NCBI GenBank assembly: GCA_002269645.1
Contig: NIVC01000944.1
Coordinates: 124,001-188,000 of the forward strand
DNA length: 64,000 bases
DNA from: Macrostomum lignano
Lineage: Eukaryota
Direction: 5' to 3'
The number at the start of each line of letters is the position of its first letter. The stretch's first letter is position 1. A program made the position numbers and the translations under genes. This document shows, piece by piece, positions 32,401-44,400 of this stretch. The notes below the pieces were generated by a model that saw only the letters and a program-made list of their open reading frames with translations, was not told where the DNA came from and made no database searches.

Positions 32401-35400
32401 ACTTGTCGCGCTCATGCAGGCGTGGCCATCCAATATTTCGGCTTCAGTTGAATGTATTTCAAGTTCAGTCTTCACTTTCACCCAAGCACGCGTAGGGCTA
32501 GAGTGGTAGAGAGAGAGCAAGGAGGGCGAGAGCCGGGTGAGGGCCGCGCGCGCACATAAATACTGGGTGAGCACCTTGAGCAGGGGACTGGGGTGGGCTT
32601 AGCCACGCAGGGCTGGGGGGTGGGGGCAAAACTCACAGAGTTGAAGGGTGAGAGGGAAGGCTAGCCAATCAGGTGCCTCCGCGGCGAGACACATGATTGG
32701 ACTAGCCCACGCGAGAGAGAGAGATGAAAATACGCCAGCCAATGAAAATGTGGGCTGATGAAAATGAAAACAAAAATGAATAGCAGCTTTAGACGGAGGG
32801 GGCAAGCTAGAAAAAACCAGTGGCAGGGAGAGGAGGGGCGGAGAGCGCAGGGGTCGGGGCAAGGGCATTGCGAGGCGCAGCTCACAACATATACACCACT
32901 ATTCTGTTTCAGTTCACATGTGCGACGCACCTGTCGCAGATCATTCGCTAATCAAAAACACCATCAGTCTGGGTGTTCTCGGCCACAATGTCTCATACGG
33001 CGCGAGCCTGAAGTACCAGTGCCCGCATCGATACGGCCACAAGTTCTCTGACTCTGGCAGTTTGGTGAACATCGCTCAGATGGTCTGCGGCTTCAACGGC
33101 TGGTCAGTGGTGCTGAGCGCTCAACCATTGAACGGCCGTGCCGCTAATGAGGTCAACCTGGGACTCGTGATCCAGCCAAGCATCAGCGAGTGTGAAGGTT
33201 CGCATTGCTTATTGTGCTCTGGGCCTGGTTTGCAACAATATGCATAATCAGTCAGGAATTTTTCTAAACCAGAAAACATTGCTGAGTTCAAGTCGTATTT
33301 AAACGTCTGTTGTAAAAGTAAGGGCTGTAGCCTAGTGGTTAGAGCGTCGGACTCACGACTTGAAGGTCGGGGGTTCGACTCCAAATCTCACTGGAACAAT
33401 TTTGGTCTTTGAGCAAGACACTTAACTCTGTATTGCTTCAGTTCACCCAGCTGTAAAATGGATGCCAGCATTAGCCGGGATAATTGAGGGTGTGTGTGGC
33501 GACCCCCAAGTCCTTGGACTGAACAGCCGTACGCAGCCTTCAAATGTGCTCCGCAATAGCTGCGGCTGAGCTGTCGGCTGCACATCTGCCTATTAGTGGA
33601 GGTGTAATAAGAATTATTATTACATTATTATTATTTCGCAAGCCAACAAAACTAAAAAACAGTCAAGGCACCCGATTTAGTAATAGTAGCAGTAATATGC
33701 TCTTTCAAACACATTTGTCAATAAATTTCGATATAAAATGAATTCATACTGTCAAAAGTTGACCACTCAGACAAACAAAATGAGTTCCTCTTGCACCGAT
33801 TGCAGCGATAACCTGCGCTCAGTACCCAGTCCTAAGTGATCCCACGCATAACGTGAGCACGCTGGAGCTCGGCGTGGACGCGAGTAAAAACAATTCTTTT
33901 GACAGAAAGATACGCGTGGCCTGCGCCAACCAGTCACTGGAATTTTACCAGCCCTACCATCAGAGCTCCAACACGGCCATCCTGAGATGCAATATCAGTT
34001 CCGACTGGCGGCCATTCTGGCAGCTGGAATACACTTTTAATGAAAAGGCCTCAAAACATATTTTCGGCCCTGATGTTGTTAGATTTCGAGAATCCGACAC
34101 CGTGTCGTTGCCTCCTTGCGTCGGTGAGTTTCTTGCTGTGGTCGCTTCCAACTAACCTTACGATTTGTTATAGATTATAGCAGTATGAACACTATCAAGC
34201 ATTTTGAATATTTATTGACAGATTATTTATAGACCGTATGCCCATGCCATCCTGTTCGTCCTGTCGGGGACTATGTGGACCGGGTGAAGTAGAAGCTGGC
34301 GACTTCACAGGCTCCTGCTCACAGATCACCCATTCTGGTTGAAGGGTTTTAAGGAAGCTTTTGGGTCTGAGGGCAAGGCTCATTATGGACCCCTCGGGGT
34401 GTCATTTGCTGTTCTCCGGGTCGCTGCAGGGGACCATGGAGGCTGCCAGCACCTCTTATGAGCAGGCGTACCGTCATTTCTTATTCTAACGAGCGATGGG
34501 CACGCAGTGATAACTGGGAGTGTTGGAGATATAACTGGGGAGCTGCCTATAGCCGAAGATGGATGGGACTCTGTTTGGGGGCTGCAACCGGCTGAGGTAC
34601 CAGCGTGCCAGACTACGGGCTAGACACTTACGGTCAGGGGGAACAGGGGGAAGGCAGGTGTAGTGTTCGCCCCCTCTACATGTATGCCTTTACGCTTTTC
34701 TCTGACTAGCTATGGCTCTCTCGACCAACGTGCACAAGCACTGGCCCCTCCAACTATTGCATAACATTGTAGCCACAAGTCGGTAGTGGACTCTATCAAT
34801 ATAATAGCTCAAATATACGGTTCAAGAAACCATGATTTTCTCCGCGCACAAGCGCACTACAGCAGGGGAATGCGACTTCCCCACTTGGGGATAATAGGGG
34901 AATTAAAGGGAATTGGAATGCCCGGATTGACTGCAGGGATTGTCACAGGTACAGAGAGAATACAGGGGGTGTTGGGTGGGAGACGGTTCTGTCATATTAG
35001 CTTTGCCGCGCTCGACTCAAAGGTCAGGTCTCCTAAACAAAGATTTAATGGGGCTCTCTGCGGCAAGACAGTGGCTACGATATTTATTTTATTTGAAAAG
35101 GTGCGCCACAAAACGCATATACGACTGGCAGTAGTAAAGTCAGTAAACTCGTGTGGTACAGGGGATCAGGAGGAAGGCAGGGGAAGGCAAGGAAATTGCA
35201 GGGAATGGCAAGGAATGACAGGGGAATGGGGGGGAATGACAGGGGAATGGTCGGGAATAACAGGAAACGCAGGGGAATGGCAGAGGAATGAAAGGGGATG
35301 GAATAGCAGGGAATAACAGGGAATGGTAGGGAATGGCAGGGGAATGAGATGGGATGGAATAGCAGGGAATGGCAGTGGAATGGCAAGGAATGGCAGTGGA

Positions 35401-38400
35401 ATGGCAGGGAATGGCAGGGAATGGCAGTGGAATGGCAGGGAATGGCAGGGAATGGCATGGATGGATACGATATATGGATACGAAAGCCATTGTAGCCAAA
35501 AGCTTTCGATAGGGGGTTTATTGTAAGCCAGATTGCTTAAATGAGCTGCCAAGTGCCAAAGTTGCTCTTCGCTAAAAAAATATAAGTCTGTCTTCAACTT
35601 TTCCGATATTTTCCTGCACCGCCGCATCCTCAGAGCGCATCTGCTGGCTCGGCTACAGAATTCCGGGCACTCAGTCGCAGCAGATCTCGGCTCCAATAAG
35701 CTCGGAGATGCGAGAAGTTGTCAACAACTACAGAATTGGTTTCCGCTGTATGAGCGGCTACAAGGGCTACAGGTTCAACCTGGAGATTGAAAACGTCTGT
35801 GAGATAAACAAAGACAGTGTTACCGGGTAAGAATTTAATAAACTAACAAGCTGTTAGAGCCCAACGACTAACTAAGCGGGCAATTCAAACATAGACATGC
35901 ACTCTACGAAATTAAGAAGCATTCTAGAATACCCTAGAAGGGGAATACGGACTCACCTGCATGTGAATCTATGCAATACTTTTGGCCCATAGACTGTGAC
36001 AGTTTGAGTTTGCAGCGCTGCCGCCTGCCAAATTTCCAGCAACAGCTGAGATTTTCACCGACCGACATCTCAGGATCAGCGTCATGCCGGTTCTTTGTGC
36101 CGGTTTTTCTTAATAAAAGCTGTCATAGTCTATCCTAGTCTATGGGCCAAAAAGTAGATGCTTTGACATTCTATATTTAGCTCGATATCTCTACAGCTAG
36201 CGCTGCAAGTTAAGTAAAGTTGGCCGTGGTTAGTACGATGAAACAGCAAAGAGACTTGTGTCACTCACAATGCAGCCGCCGTGAGTGAGTGGTTACGAAC
36301 CTGGGCTCCAGTCCATCTAGCTGCGGTACTATTATAGAATGGGAGTTGCAATCCCCAAAAGTGCCAGCACTGTCCAGGCTGCACGCAGTCCGCGGTTTCG
36401 CCGCGCAGCGCATCCGAAGCATTTTGATGTTTTCTTATTTATTCGCAAATAAATGAGTCGGTCTGTTTCCTATTTTACTTTGCAGGGAAGTTTCGAAGTC
36501 ATGGTCTCGGAATGAGGAGTTCGTGCCTGGGTTCCATTCCAACACGTGTCGCAGTAAGTCTTTGTTTGCCTAAAAACACTACACGAATAGCTTTCGTAGT
36601 TCGTCTACTGATAAGTAGAAAGTATAGAGTGTGGCGATAAATCTTGCATGGCGGCCAAAGAAATGCCGCCATGCGAGAGCGCAAGTGTAGAAGTGGAAGT
36701 TCTGTTAAGCCTTAGCTAATGGGTGGAGATTAGCCTTGGGCCAGCTGAAGAAGTCTAGAGCAGGGGTCGGAAAACTCCGGCCCGCGGCTCGCGAAGCCTC
36801 TCTGCTCGATCCTCGGGTCCTTTGGAGCTTCACAATAGCAAACCGGCCCGCTCAAGGCAATGCCGTGTGTGAACTATGTCCGGTGCAAGGCAGTGCCCAT
36901 TGCCCCTCTGTGAACTATGTCCGGTGCATGACAGTGCCCAATGCCCCTCCGTGAACTATGTCCTGTACACGGAAGTGCCTAAAGCCTTTCTGTGAACTAA
37001 TGTCCAGTGTACGGCAGTGCCCGAAAAGCCCTCTGTGAACTATGTCCGATACAGTGCAGTATGCTCCCACTGGCGCATGACCAAAGCACAGGCCTTGTCT
37101 TCTTCCTAGCTGAGTTACCGAACCTGTTTCTACTTTTTCTACAAACTTTCAGACCAGCCGTACTACCGGGGCTGCTTCTCCTGGTCTGAGATCAATGACA
37201 GACTGAATGGCGCTCACTTGAAGCTTGTGAACATCTCCGTGCAGGTGGTGAAGAGCTGCAGAACAAGATGCTTCAAATTAAATTATCTTCTAGTAGCGAT
37301 CAACTCCACCACCTGCTACTGCTTCACCCCGAACATGACTGGAGTTGCACCGGACACTCAAGACAACGCCAACGAAACCCTGCCATTCGTGCTTAGCGAG
37401 CAGAACCTGGAGCTCAGAAACTGGAAGTGCTTGAGCGAGTGCGCTGATTCGGAGTACTGCGGCGGAGCGGCCGGCTTCTTCTCTGTCTACGACTCGTTCG
37501 GTGAGTTGCACTGCTTGGCAGCAGCGCCATTCGCTTGTGTGCGGGTGAAAAATGTAGACAACAGACGAAACCCGGCTCTCGATATGTTCCTTGTTGCTTG
37601 GAAGCCATCATGTCGAAACAAACACTTCAAATTGAGTTTTCCCTTGATAAGTTCCAGGCTGCAGAGAGCAAGATGATAAAAAATACGCATTTTAAAAGAT
37701 CCAACTCATTCCAACCTCCAGAGATCCAGCCCAACCCCAACCTCCAGAGATCCAGCCCAACCCCAACCTCCAGAGATCCAGCCCAACCCCAACCTCCAGA
37801 GATCCAGCCCAACCCCAACCTCCAGAGATCCAGCTCAACCCCAACCTCCAGAGATCCAGCCCAACCCCAACCTCCAGAGATCTAGAATTCCTCGTACAAA
37901 GCGACCAGGGCTAAACATATAATGAAAAGAAACTATATTCCTTTTTGATTTGATTGCAGACGGTTGCTACAAGATCGGTCATATTCCCATAGAAAAAATT
38001 GCCAGTGAAGTTCCCATGGCCCTTCTGAGCTCCGCTGCCTGCAAAGCTTATTGCAAGGGCGTGCCGGACAGCAAGTACGCGGCGGTGCGCAATACAACTT
38101 GCACTTGCTTAAATGATGTCATCGATTCAGCGGAATTCGAGATCAGCTCGGCCTGCGACATTGAGTGCCGGGCGTCCAACGAGTCCTGCGGCGGCAGCAA
38201 CAGCAGCTACAATGTCTTCACGCTGGCCACACAAGTGCAGAAGTACAGCTCCTGCAGTGAGTACCGAACTGGCGCCGACATCTACGAGAGCAACTTCTAC
38301 CTGCTGTCTGGGACGCTGAATGCCTCGACTCCTCGAGTCAACGGTACTCTGGCATTCTGCAGCATGATAGGTCTCTGCCATGATTGAATAGTCATACTAT

Positions 38401-41400
38401 TGGGACAGAAGCAGTTACGGATTCAATGCTTGAACCATTTTAGACGGCACCCCCTGCAGTCCGGGCTGGTTCGGCTACCGCGGCTCCTGCTACGCGCCCT
38501 ACCTGCGCAGCACCGACATGCTGGCCTGGGCCGACTCCGCCGAGTTCTGCGCCCGTCAGAACTCCGTTCTGTGGTCGCCAGCCGCGGACGCCTCCGATTT
38601 GGACGTCATGGAGACGACCTTCTTCAAGTGTAGGCCGTGTGAATTTCGATTTATTATCATCTCCGTATATATGATTGTAAATATAGGAAACGGCCCTCAT
38701 TTTATACTGATAACAGACCACAAGTACTACTTCCGTGACTTTCCGTTTATGAACATCGGCGTGCAGAGCTGGCTGCCCACGGTGCCGCAACTTCTGGATG
38801 GCAGCGTCATGTCAGTCGAAGGCAACTTTGAAAGCTTTTTAGACTTAGATAGCGCCGATGGGCTGGTGAACAAACAGTGCTTTTACTTCGGTGTGGAGGA
38901 GAGCAAACAATCGCTGATCTACGGTGAAAAACTCGCCTTTCCTTATCGCTCCTACCGCGCCGGATGCACCGACTCCACGGCTAGGAAGTTCTTCTGTGTA
39001 AAGCGTAAGATCACGGCAGATATGCACTTTACATGTATCATTGCTTTCGCTGTTCCGGTTGGCCCAGCGGTTCGAAACTTCAGCCCCATGTGAAAGCATT
39101 TGAGTTCTTACTGGCAGAAGCTAAAATCTGCTGGGGTTGCCATTCCTGCAGAGATCCGTACATTAGTAGATACTTTATTGTTGTCAATTGATGCACTGGT
39201 GCGACTTCCATGTAATCTGTTTCTAGACTGAAACAGCCATCAATTAGCTCTATAAGGTTCTTTAAAGGCGAGAACTTTAATTTTCAGGGAGCCACCACCG
39301 GGGCTGCCACAAGTACAACAGCAGCCTGGCCAACCAGCTCAAGCAGCCCGACAACACATTCAGCTTGCGCACCGCGACTCTGCAGGAGTGCCTCAGAACC
39401 TGCACCCACCGTCTGGCTGACTCGGCGATTGTCGAGGGCGCCTCCTGCACCTGCCTGAGCGACGACGAAATGCTGGAGAATTTCCTGCCGATCACAGACC
39501 CAGCCGAGATCCAGGCCAACTGCATGAAGCCGTGCGGCACGGGCTCGTATCAGTACTGCGCTGGGGCCAGCAGTGGCGGCTACACCTATGTGTACATCAT
39601 GATGAGTGAGAATCATGGAATTCTTTTATAGGCACTTTTAAACATGACGAGTTATTTTCAATTGCTTTCTCACGAAAACTTCAGTAAAATCGTGGCATTT
39701 GGCCGCGCAAATTCAAAATAATATGCCGGTTTTTCCGGGCGAGAGCGGCAGCACCACAGTGAGCAAGATCATGTACCCCGACACCAACTTTGTAAAAAAC
39801 TGGACCCAGTATTCTGTCAGAGGCAATTTTAGCTCTGTTAACGACGATGGGGACAATCGCTTGTACGGTGCACAAAGCCCGCTAGTCCTGTTACCATGGC
39901 AACCATTAAAGCTGCTTAACCGACCGAGGCTGAACACTCGAGACGATGTCAACGTGAACTACGTCAACAAAGCCTGGCTGTGGCTAAACGCTCATTCTGT
40001 CACAGATCTGATCAACCTGACATTTTTCAAATCTGATGGAAATGTCGACTGGCTGCTTTTTAACGTGACGGGGAGAACGAGGCAGACCGTAAGGTTTCAG
40101 CATGATCTGCTTGTCAACACGTCTTTCGGTGTTTTTGACACTCCGGCACTTCACTTGGCGCCATGGGATGCGTGAGTGTTGAAGTCATATCGCATTGAGA
40201 GACAAACATATTGTGCTTGGCTGATAGGCTGCAAGAATAATTTTTAGATTTTTAAACATGCTTTTAAATTCATTCATTTCTTGATCGTAAATAGCGTAGA
40301 GGTGAACTAAATGGTTCTAGTAGTTCCATGCTCATTCTGTAAAAATTAACTATTTTAGAACCCGCGAGCATTCCGTGCTGATGATGTATCAAGAAACAGC
40401 TGGATCATCAAGTTGCGGAAGCATGACAGTCACAGACAAGTTGGCTTACTTTACGATTCTCGACACCTCATGGACATGCGTTCCAAACACTCCTGTGATT
40501 CACTCGACATTCACCGATCCCAAGTCTCTGTACAACTTTACTGGTGACACAGGAGTCTCGAGCATGGCTGTGTGGACAAAGACCTACTTGAACAGCGGTC
40601 CCAAGCTGTGGCTTTCGAAATCCAGTTGCGCAGAAGCCAACATACTGAAGTTCAACACCACGAAAGTGGCCGTTCACATGCCGACAACTGACAGCTACCG
40701 AATCAGCACAGAAGATTGTCCTGGTTCTGTAAACCATCAACCCGAGCCGTTCTGGCTGTCCGAAAACGCCAGCTGCGATCAGGGCTGGCTGCAGGTGAAC
40801 GGCTCCTGCTACCTGCTGACTGCCATGGCCACCACCTACGACGAGGCCAGGCTGTTCTGCAACTACTTCAACGCGACACTGGCGGTGCCGCACAGCTCTG
40901 AGACAGTCGAGGCGGTTCACGCAGCGTCCAGAAGTTTCTACGCATTCACCAGGCTAGGACTCGCCCAGCCGAACGAAGGCTGGGGATTCTGGGTCGGGCT
41001 GGCCGACCGGACGGCCACCAACCAGCTGGACACTCCGGACGGTTCGTCCGCTTCGTTTGCGCCGATCCTGTGCGGCCTGCAGGCGGAGCAGCTGAAGTTC
41101 CGCAACTTTGGCAGCACCGTGAACTGTTTCGAGGTGTTCACATCGACATCGACTAACAAGTCGTCGCACCTGGCTACAAACGGCGTGTGTTCGAGCTACA
41201 CAGCGACTATAGGATACAAAATCTCGGCAGCGGGGTTTCCTACTCACAACGCCTACCGGATGCAGCAATGCGATCAGCGCCTAGCAGGCGCATTCTGCGA
41301 GAAACCACTCAGTCCAGGTGAGAGAATGCGGTAAAAGTAGGCTATGAAAGTAAAAAACGTTAAATATTTTCCAACTACGAGTAATTTTTTTCATTCGGTG

Positions 41401-44400
41401 TAGAATTTTAGCTTTCTAAAAGCTTTTTCCTAACTTGATGATTCCATAGCGAGATACCAGTTCCCTGGCTTCATTCACCCTTGTACTGACATTTTCAGTG
41501 CTGCTGGGCTGCTTTCGACTGTCAATCTCCAACTTAAATCAGATGCAGTTGGACCCCTGGCTGCACCTGCGCCAGTGTCTAGCCGCTTGTCTATCTCGAA
41601 GTCGCGAGTTCGCGGCCCTGAGTCCCGATCGATGCTACTGCGCAAGCCGAGTCGAGTTTTTTCAAGGAAGCAACTTTCAGCGGCTGTCAAGCAGTGAGTG
41701 CTCGAAGACTTGCAAGGGGAATCAGTACCAAACCTGCGGTGGGGTATCTGCGGACATCTTCTCCGTGTACCGAGTTGGTGAGTAGCCCATTCACGAGACC
41801 AAATTTTCTGATTTTGTTGGCATAAATACGAATTACATGTAGGTAAAATCTATTATTGTTTTTTTAGATCCAGAGTTGCAAGATATAACCGGAACTTCCT
41901 GTTTGGACATCTTCAAGAAAGGATTCTACCTCTCTGACTACTACCTGATCAACAATGAGAGGCAGTATTGCCACCTGGCTGGTTAGTGAAATTGCCTACA
42001 AGTGTCGTTTTTCAAGTATCATTTTGATCTTTGATAGTTAATAAGAGCCAATCCCAAACTATGACCTGGCAGACAACTCATCCAGTCAGTGCGCCAACGG
42101 CAGCTTCGCATTCAATGGCTCTTGCTTTACCTTTCACAATCGCCCGGCTACGTTTGAGACGGCAAGCCAGAGCTGCGCCTCCTCGGGCGGACTGCTAGCC
42201 AGTTTTGCTACTGTGGAGCGACTGGAGTTTTTAAAGATGACTCTCTCAAGTAGGTTGCTTTAGTGCTTTGTGGAAATCTTTCATCTTCGGGAATTACAGT
42301 ACAAGTATGGTTTTTCAAAAAGTTTTCAAAAAAGGTCGCCATCATAGCCGCGCAGCGGCAGAAGCGCGCCACAAGAGTACACGTTTTGACTTCGGTAGAA
42401 ACTGCTCAGCATTGACATTATCGCGCAATCAAATGCTTGGCAGAAGCAGTATATGCTCATTCAAGTTGCTTATTCGCCTTTCACAAAGTACTTGATTGCT
42501 CTGTATTTGTACATAGTAGAAAACTTATAGTAAAAGGCTTTGGAAATGAGACCTTTGAGTTTATATACCGACAAAACAAACAGATGTGCACTCGCTGACG
42601 AACTCATCCAACTGGTGGCTCGGCTTCACCGACTCAAAGCAGCTCAAGATCCCCACGTGGCTCAACGGACACATCTACTCGGACAGCCAGCTGTTCACCC
42701 ATGCTCGGACATTCCTGTTTTACCGCGGCTCGAAATTCTCAATAAAAAATGCGCCTGTCTTGGGCAACCCGACTGGCGACCCCCTGAATGCCGCTACCCT
42801 CGCCAGCTACGTCTGCGAGACCGCCGAGAAGGACCCGGGCTGCCTGAAGATGGTCAGCCTTGCAAATTTCACGCACCGGTCCAGCTTCATGAGCCTCTCC
42901 ATGTGCCGCTACCTCTGCTTCTCCGCTGGCTTTGCCTACTCAGCCGTGATGCAGCAGAACTGCTCCTGCCTCAGCAGCCTCTCGGTGGCTGAGTACGGCA
43001 TTGAGGACACCAGGCCGCTGGACTACTGCAATGCGCGGTGTCCGGGAAATCCCGACCAGTTCTGCGGCCGGTCAGCTGAGCCATACTTCTCCGTGCACAG
43101 CGCAGGTCTGTGTAGAATTTCATTTATACCGTACGTCGAAAACTGGGAAATGTCTTCCTAATATTCTGAAATTTTAGAAAAGCTGCCTCCCGCCGCGAAC
43201 TGCTCAGTTCTGTACGCCAACGATATTCACTATCGGTTTCGGTACAAACTCTACAACACCAGCGGCCACAACTACTACTTCATGAACTGCGGCTTCACGG
43301 GTATGAACTTATGAAATTATTATAATTATGACAATATTGTCATGCTAACGTAAGTGTAATCAGAGAGTTCAAACATATATATTAGAAAATAATAACTTCC
43401 AGACCAGACTGCCTGCTCTGACGGCTGGTACGGCTTCAAGGGCAGCTGCTACCGGACGTTCAACGAGTCCCTGACTGAGGCGGCGGCCAGCCAGGCCTGT
43501 GCGCTGAACAACAGCTTCCTGGTGACTTTCCCAAGCAGCGAGTACTACGAGTTCGTGAAGAGCCTGACCACGCTGCTGCCGTACCACGCCAAGTTTCCCA
43601 ACTGGCTGCTGGGCTACGCAAAGCTGGACGGCTCTCAGGCGCAGTCGCCCGTCATCAGCGCGGTTGGCGACTTCGCAATGTACACCGGCCGGCCCGGCAG
43701 TGCCGGACAGAGCGGCTACTGGAAATCTGCACAATTCTTCATGCGCAACGGCTCGGTGGTCTTTGAACCAGCCGCCACTGAATTCGCGCCCGTCTGCATC
43801 AGCAGCTCAAGTCAGTTCAGGCGTTGAATTTCATATTTCTCACCATTAACGTGCTTTTTGAAGTTTATTAGTAACTACTGGAAGTTTTACAAATAAACTT
43901 CAGTCATTTTTGTACACAACTTTTACCAGATTTTGCTGCCTGCGGCCCGGCCACGAACGAGACAATTTCGATGCCCCTGCCAAGCGAGCAGTACCAGATC
44001 CCGCAGCAGTGCCTGCAGCTGTGCCGCTCAGCTGGTCTGCCATATGCCGGCCTGCTGCCTGGGAACTGCAGCTGCAGCGGTGCGCTTTCAAATTCCGCTA
44101 CGGATGGAACTCTGTCTGACTGCTACGTGCAGCAGTGCAGCCATGTGAAGTTTTCCAACTGCGGTTTCAACAATACCAACTGGGCCTGGTACCGGACGAG
44201 TAAGCGTTGTTTAACCATCGCTCTAATTCTGTCTTATTTATAGCAAGCTTTTGGGCAGCGGCATTTATCATAATCGATCTGCCGTTAACTCTGCTTTTTC
44301 GCCGACAGATGTTTCACAGTTCCGAATCGCTTCATCCTGCCGGGATTTGCAGGGCATGCTTTTTATGCAGCCCAAATCTCACAGCCTGCAAATCAAAGAC

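Noticed and set aside
33322-33400. tRNA genes at 16.9, 33.3, 45.9 and 60.7 kb
   Set aside because: A and B boxes are present but I could not form a complete cloverleaf; each continues into a shared SINE body and tail.
38630-38716. Read-through of ORF 38518-39093 as a single exon
   Set aside because: The 87-nt AT-rich segment has GT..AG ends in matching phase and interrupts the CTLD; best treated as a stop-free intron.
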